Assembly (NCBI GenBank): GCA_027923505.1
Contig: BROI01000018.1
Coordinates: forward strand, 434,001-498,000
DNA: 64,000 bases
Reading direction: 5' to 3'
Source of the DNA: Mayamaea pseudoterrestris
Taxonomy: Eukaryota
Position 1 is the first letter of the stretch; each line of letters opens with the position of its first letter. Made by a program: the position numbers and the translations under genes. Shown here in pieces: positions 59,203-64,000 of this stretch. The notes beneath the pieces were generated by a model. It ran no database searches. It was not told the DNA's origin and saw only the letters and a list, made by a program, of their open reading frames with translations.

Positions 59203-62200
59203 ATGCCGCGAACCAATCCAGCGCAGGCTGGTAGTGGACAAAAGAGAGGAGCTGCCGATATCTCCGCGGATAGTGAGGCGATTCCTCGGCGCGGTCGCGC
59301 TTCCAAAAGCAATATAAATAAGAAAGTGGACACTATTGGTGAAAGTGCTCTTGGCCAAGCGCAACCGTCGGTCGACGCTTCGGAGGCAGACGAAATCATT
59401 TCGCAGCTTGTTGACATTTCCCCTCTGCCACGCCAATCTCAGAGCTTTGAGATTTTGAGTAAAGCAGAGCTTAAAGAGCTTGAAAGAGTTCTGGAATTTG
59501 AAGCGACGGGCGAATCCTGGCGCGATGATTGGACTGGAAATTTGGCGCTCATCGACAAGGAAATTCGCAACCCCAAAGATAAGAGTCGTGAGAAGAGTCC
59601 ATTTCGACAAACTCTTCTTGAATGGGCTTACAAAGATCCCGACAATGCCAAATATATTCTACACGTCATTCGCTTCGTTCTGGCAAAGGAAGAAACTCCC
59701 ATTGCGGTGAAGAGGATACTGACTAACGTTTACTCAAGAGAGCCTGCTTACCTCGAGAAGCAGATACGCCTGACATCATACCACCCGCAAGTACTGCGGG
59801 ATGATGGCTGGACGACTAAAAAATCTACGGATTCTCAGCCTCCAATCGGAGGTCCTTATCTCATTGGCGATCGCGTTCGTTGGGAGCACAGCGACGGAGT
59901 CGTTATTGCGTATGTGCGAGACCCTGACATTGGCGATCTTTGGAAAGCCTTATCCGTCGATCGTGATGATCTTCACACATTTGATCTTGAGGCAGAGGAA
60001 GTGCTGGACGCGAAGCAGAAATTTGAACGTCGCCAACAGCAGACGTACCAGTCTCGCCGGTCGACACGATTCGCAGGAAGCAGCGATTTTTGCGTTGACG
60101 GCCTTGGACTTGGCATAGTTCTTGCAGCCAGCTACAGCAAGGGTGCCCGTCCCGGCGTATACTGGCCTGCGCGAGTAGTGCACGCATCTGAGACGAACTT
60201 TACAGCAGGAAAGCGCAGTAGCTCAAAACAGAAAGTGGACGTTATATTTCTGTCTCCTTATTGGAATGCGGATGATTCAACACGTAAAAACCGCGTCGAA
60301 TCATTATCGGAAAACGCTCAGTCGTCATTTGATGCCTCACCCTTGCTGCAAATCGAGACAATTGATGCGTCGGAGGAAATGATTCGTCCGTATAACTACG
60401 AGGGGCTTGAATCGATTGACATGGACGTGCTGCGAACATTCTTTGGATTCACTGGTCTTCCAAAAGCGGTGTTTGGAAGATTTGTCAATAGCCATAGACT
60501 CGCACTTGCGCTGCGCAAGGTATGTATCTACTACGCATGTTTAGTTGTCATTCGAATCTTCCTAACAAACTCATTGTCCTCTCCTTCAGTATGCCATGAA
60601 TTATATAGATACTGAAGTGACTGCGACTGAGCGCGCGACTGCCGGACTTTTTGAGGTAATTTTTAAGCGTCTGATCAATGTTGTTTCACGTTATGGTCTG
60701 TAAGCTCAGCCCTTCTTCATTATTACCCAACTTAGTGTCACCCGATGACGGTTCAAGCACCTGTCTTCCCCCGCATAGTTCTGGAACTTCCTTTGGCATT
60801 TATAGTTGCGCAGCTTCCGCACCCTCGAGTAGATTCGCACTCTATCTTTTCAGACAATCCATCAAGCCCTGAGCCGATTGTTGACTTGAACTTCATTGTG
60901 GAGTCAATGATGCCACCAGCGTGCTTCGGACTACCTCGAAATGGGAACGGGAACATTACTCCGCCACAGAAAGTCGCTCGTGCGGAAAGGATTCAAACAA
61001 CACCTGGCACGTGGATGGCATGCATGCAGGGTGATGGAGCAACAAAGACTGCAGAAATTAGCTCCGAAGACTTTTTCCAAGGGCTCTGGAGTCTGAATGA
61101 GTTTTTTGCGCGCAACACTGATATGCCGGCCATTGCAAGTCTCCAGCGCACCGTGTTCGATCTGATTGAAACGGTTCGTAAATATAAAGAACATGAGTCA
61201 AACTCGATCGAAAAACGCGATAACGTCTTGAAAAAGGATGACAATGCCGTGACAATTTACGAAAATTGGGTTTTGCTTAAAACGTATGGCGAAGAAGTTA
61301 TAGGATCAATCGCATTGGATTTAAAATTGACAGCAAGTGCTGATTGGCGCCGAGCACTCGAGCGTTTGTACAAGTACCTCGTCAGCAAGAGTCCGGGTCG
61401 AAATGCGACTGTGGTGCTGTCCGATCTACGGTGCAACGGACACCTCACCGGAGAGGCCTGTTTTGAGCGCTCAGTGAGGCTGCCTGCTGCCCTCAAGGCA
61501 GCGAGACTCGCCGGCGCTACAGCTGATGGCCCGCTCAGGCTCATTTTAGGAGTTGAGGACGAGCACATCAAACTCGCTGAATGGCGTATTCTCCCGAAAG
61601 CGCACACGACTTCTTACTTAAAACGAATGAAAAGTCGATGCGAGTCGGCCCCATCCCCAGAGTCTATCATTATGCTTACGGATGACAGCGATGAGAAGGG
61701 TGGCGAGGATACGAGTAAGTCTGTTATCATATGAGAGTGATGCTGCTTCAACAAATAATATGTATACTTACAGTTCTTAAATATCGTTCATGCTTATGCA
61801 GTGGGCTCGAAAGGCACATGGTCGGCCGCCGTTTGTGGAGTTGCAGCTGCATTGAAAGTTACGAAAATGGTCGTCCACGGTGAAACTGTCAACGGATTCT
61901 GCGTCTCGCGCCCTCCAGGTCACCATGCCGGACGATCTTTGCATCCGATGAAGGCCATCTCGAATGGCTTCTGCATTCTCAACACAGCAGCTTGCGCAGC
62001 AATCTATGCGACTAGCCCTATAAGCGAAGGAGGACTTGGCCTAAGCCGCGTATGCGTCATCGATGCGGACGCCCATCACGGTAATGGAACTCAGGACATC
62101 TTATGTTCTACATATGATCCCCGCTTCCTCTATATTTCCATGCACGCAGGAGGAGCAGAGGTAAACGGTGCACCCAGTCTGGACCAAGATGACCCCAACA

Positions 62201-62826
62201 ATGAGCTGCATAATCTACCGAGCAATCCAAAGTCGGGCGGCATTTATCCTGGACGATGTGGTGACACGTCTCCGCACAAGGGTGTGTTAAATATTCCACT
62301 TGGTGCGAGAGTGACTCCGCATGATGTCGGAACTGCATTGGTCCAGCACGTGACACCCGCTGTTGACAATTTTTCGCCCGACTTGATCATTCTTTCGGCT
62401 GGCTTTGACGCGCATAAGAATGATCCCATGGGTCTTGGAGCGTTGTCCGCTAAAGATTTTGGACACATTACAGAGGTTGTGTGCGCGTTGGCGTTCAAGT
62501 CATGCAGCGGTCGCGTTGTGAGCGTTTTAGAAGGCGGGTATGGCGTTCCATGCTGTCGGCCCCAGCGAGCTGAAGTCTACTGCTTGCCTGTTGTAGCACC
62601 AACTGCTGATGCCGCATCTGCTAGTGGAACGGCTTTGGAACCGACTCAGCAGTCACGAGATAGACCACAGCCTGCTTCACTATTGGACCTTGGTGAGGAT
62701 CTGCCAGACTCTATGGACGACCAAGTTCCATATGCCTTGCAACGGCGGTTGGAGAAATGCCATGCCGAGGGCTTTGTTGAATGTGTTAAGGAGCATGTCG
62801 CTGCTCTAGCCAAGTGCGCCGAGTAG
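59203..62826 (+). CDS. Class II-like histone deacetylase with long N-terminal region; exons 59203-60519, 60590-60655, 60736-61714, 61802-62826
   Basis: RPPGHHA, GFCILN, DADAHHGNGTQ, SAGFDAH, LEGGYG; three GT-AG introns join the ORFs in frame. Confidence 0.88.
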
Positions 62827-62987
62827 ATTGGCTCTCGAGATCGACGTTAACTGTAAAATGTATGCGACGCGATATGCTATATACCCATATCTCCGTGACA
62901 AGTATACAAAACAAAGACTAGTATAATCCTTTGCTCGCGAGGTTGATTCGTTTATAATGTGATATTTAGTCTGACGTTCTTTACAGT

Positions 62988-63290
62988 TTACATCATTTCT
63001 TGCCCATGCGGTTTACCATGCTCGAGCATGTACTGCACAATTTCATCATGGCTTCGCTCTGAGCCAAAGACGTGCTCCAATTCCCTCTTGGATGGCTGCA
63101 GCAAAGTTCCTGAAGTGCCAGTATCATAGCGAAAGACGGTAAAGTCATCTAATACTTGGGCGAGCGGAATGGAAGGATCCTTCTTCCACTTTTTGTAGGC
63201 CTCATTGTCGACGAGCACGACAAACGAATGCGGATGATCCGACGATGTACTCTTTTCATGAGGAGTGTAGACGAGCTTGGTGAGTGTCAT
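62988..63290 (-). CDS. Stand-alone SBDS N-terminal (Rtc3-like) domain protein
   Basis: FVVLVDNEAYKKWKKDPSIPLAQVLDDFTVF..PSKRELEHVFG..EIVQYMLEHG. Confidence 0.8.
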   Translation of the reverse strand: MTLTKLVYTPHEKSTSSDHPHSFVVLVDNEAYKKWKKDPSIPLAQVLDDFTVFRYDTGTSGTLLQPSKRELEHVFGSERSHDEIVQYMLEHGKPHGQEMM

Positions 63291-63629
63291 GGTTGATTTA
63301 TATATTGTAGCAGCAATTGTTTGAAGGTCTATAGTCAAATTGGATGCGCAAATGCAAATTGTGGGAAGAATCGCGAGCAATCGAAGAAACTCCAGCGACC
63401 GGCTTGCGCGCAGCTGTTTCGAACGCCTGAGCGCACCTCGGCGCGCATCCATGAAGATCCAAATCGTTTCTCATTGGCCAAAAGGCTTCCCTTGCGGAGA
63501 GCCTCTTGCTTGTTTGCCTTCCAATGATCGACGGACATTGCTGCGACCATCCACCTTTGCTGTCCATCCTTGTTGTCTGTATCTTTCCTATTCGCTTAGA
63601 TTTAAACTAGCGATTTAAATATATATATC

Positions 63630-64000
63630 ATGAAAAGACCCATTAAAATGTTTTCAGGTCTGTGGTGCCTCCTCTTCTGCTTGTCATTCAGCAGCATTTC
63701 AGCCGACGAGGATGTTGCTAATGTTCGCAGCAGCCTTGATGAGGCGACGCAATTGGGATCTTGCGATGATGCCGTCACCTCAAAGTACGCGGAAATGATG
63801 CAAGACATGGAGATTCAGCATGCGCAGCAATTGGAGGAATCTCAAGCGACTTGCTCGTCAGACATGCAGCGCCACCTTTCCGCTTCGCAAGAGTCGGTTC
63901 AGGAATACAAGGAATTGGCCGAGCAAGCGCAAACGCAGCAGCAAGAGTTGCAGAATCAACTGGAAGCTGCGAATAGACAAGCGGAGGAGCAAAAGAATCA
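63630..64000 (+). CDS. Signal-peptide coiled-coil protein, 5' part (runs off the right edge)
   Basis: MKRPIKMFSGLWCLLFCLSFSSISADEDV.. followed by Q/E-rich heptads, open to window end. Confidence 0.65.
   Translation, partial: MKRPIKMFSGLWCLLFCLSFSSISADEDVANVRSSLDEATQLGSCDDAVTSKYAEMMQDMEIQHAQQLEESQATCSSDMQRHLSASQESVQEYKELAEQAQTQQQELQNQLEAANRQAEEQKN

Overview
Eukaryotic, gene-dense DNA with short GT-AG introns, most consistent with a pennate diatom (inferred from a CoDi-type Copia RNase H, HA-domain protein, mitochondrial-type KDPG aldolase and bipartite plastid presequence). Two blocks of mostly housekeeping genes (1-18.7 kb: VPS13, HA-repeat protein, LEO1, BCAT-like fusion, PH protein, SPX-cytidylyltransferase; 42.2-64 kb: Eda, VOC/epimerase, kinase-like, RRP1, SDR, RPB10, DUF2462-like, sulfotransferase, HDAC, SBDS-N) flank a ~21.4-kb array of a 169-bp dyad-rich satellite (~20.0-41.4 kb). 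The array has higher-order duplications and CpG-depleted flanks, and appears to derive from a 171-bp in-frame coding repeat. It carries a Copia LTR element with a CCAAG TSD and an apparent half-tRNA-Asn primer site, plus a trace of a second insertion; it is a candidate satellite-type centromere. Separately, a 1.41-kb TIR-less element with a 19-bp TSD splits a MAN1/Src1-like pseudogene, and a ~134-unit GAT repeat lies in a poly-Asp frame. All calls are by eye; no searches were run.
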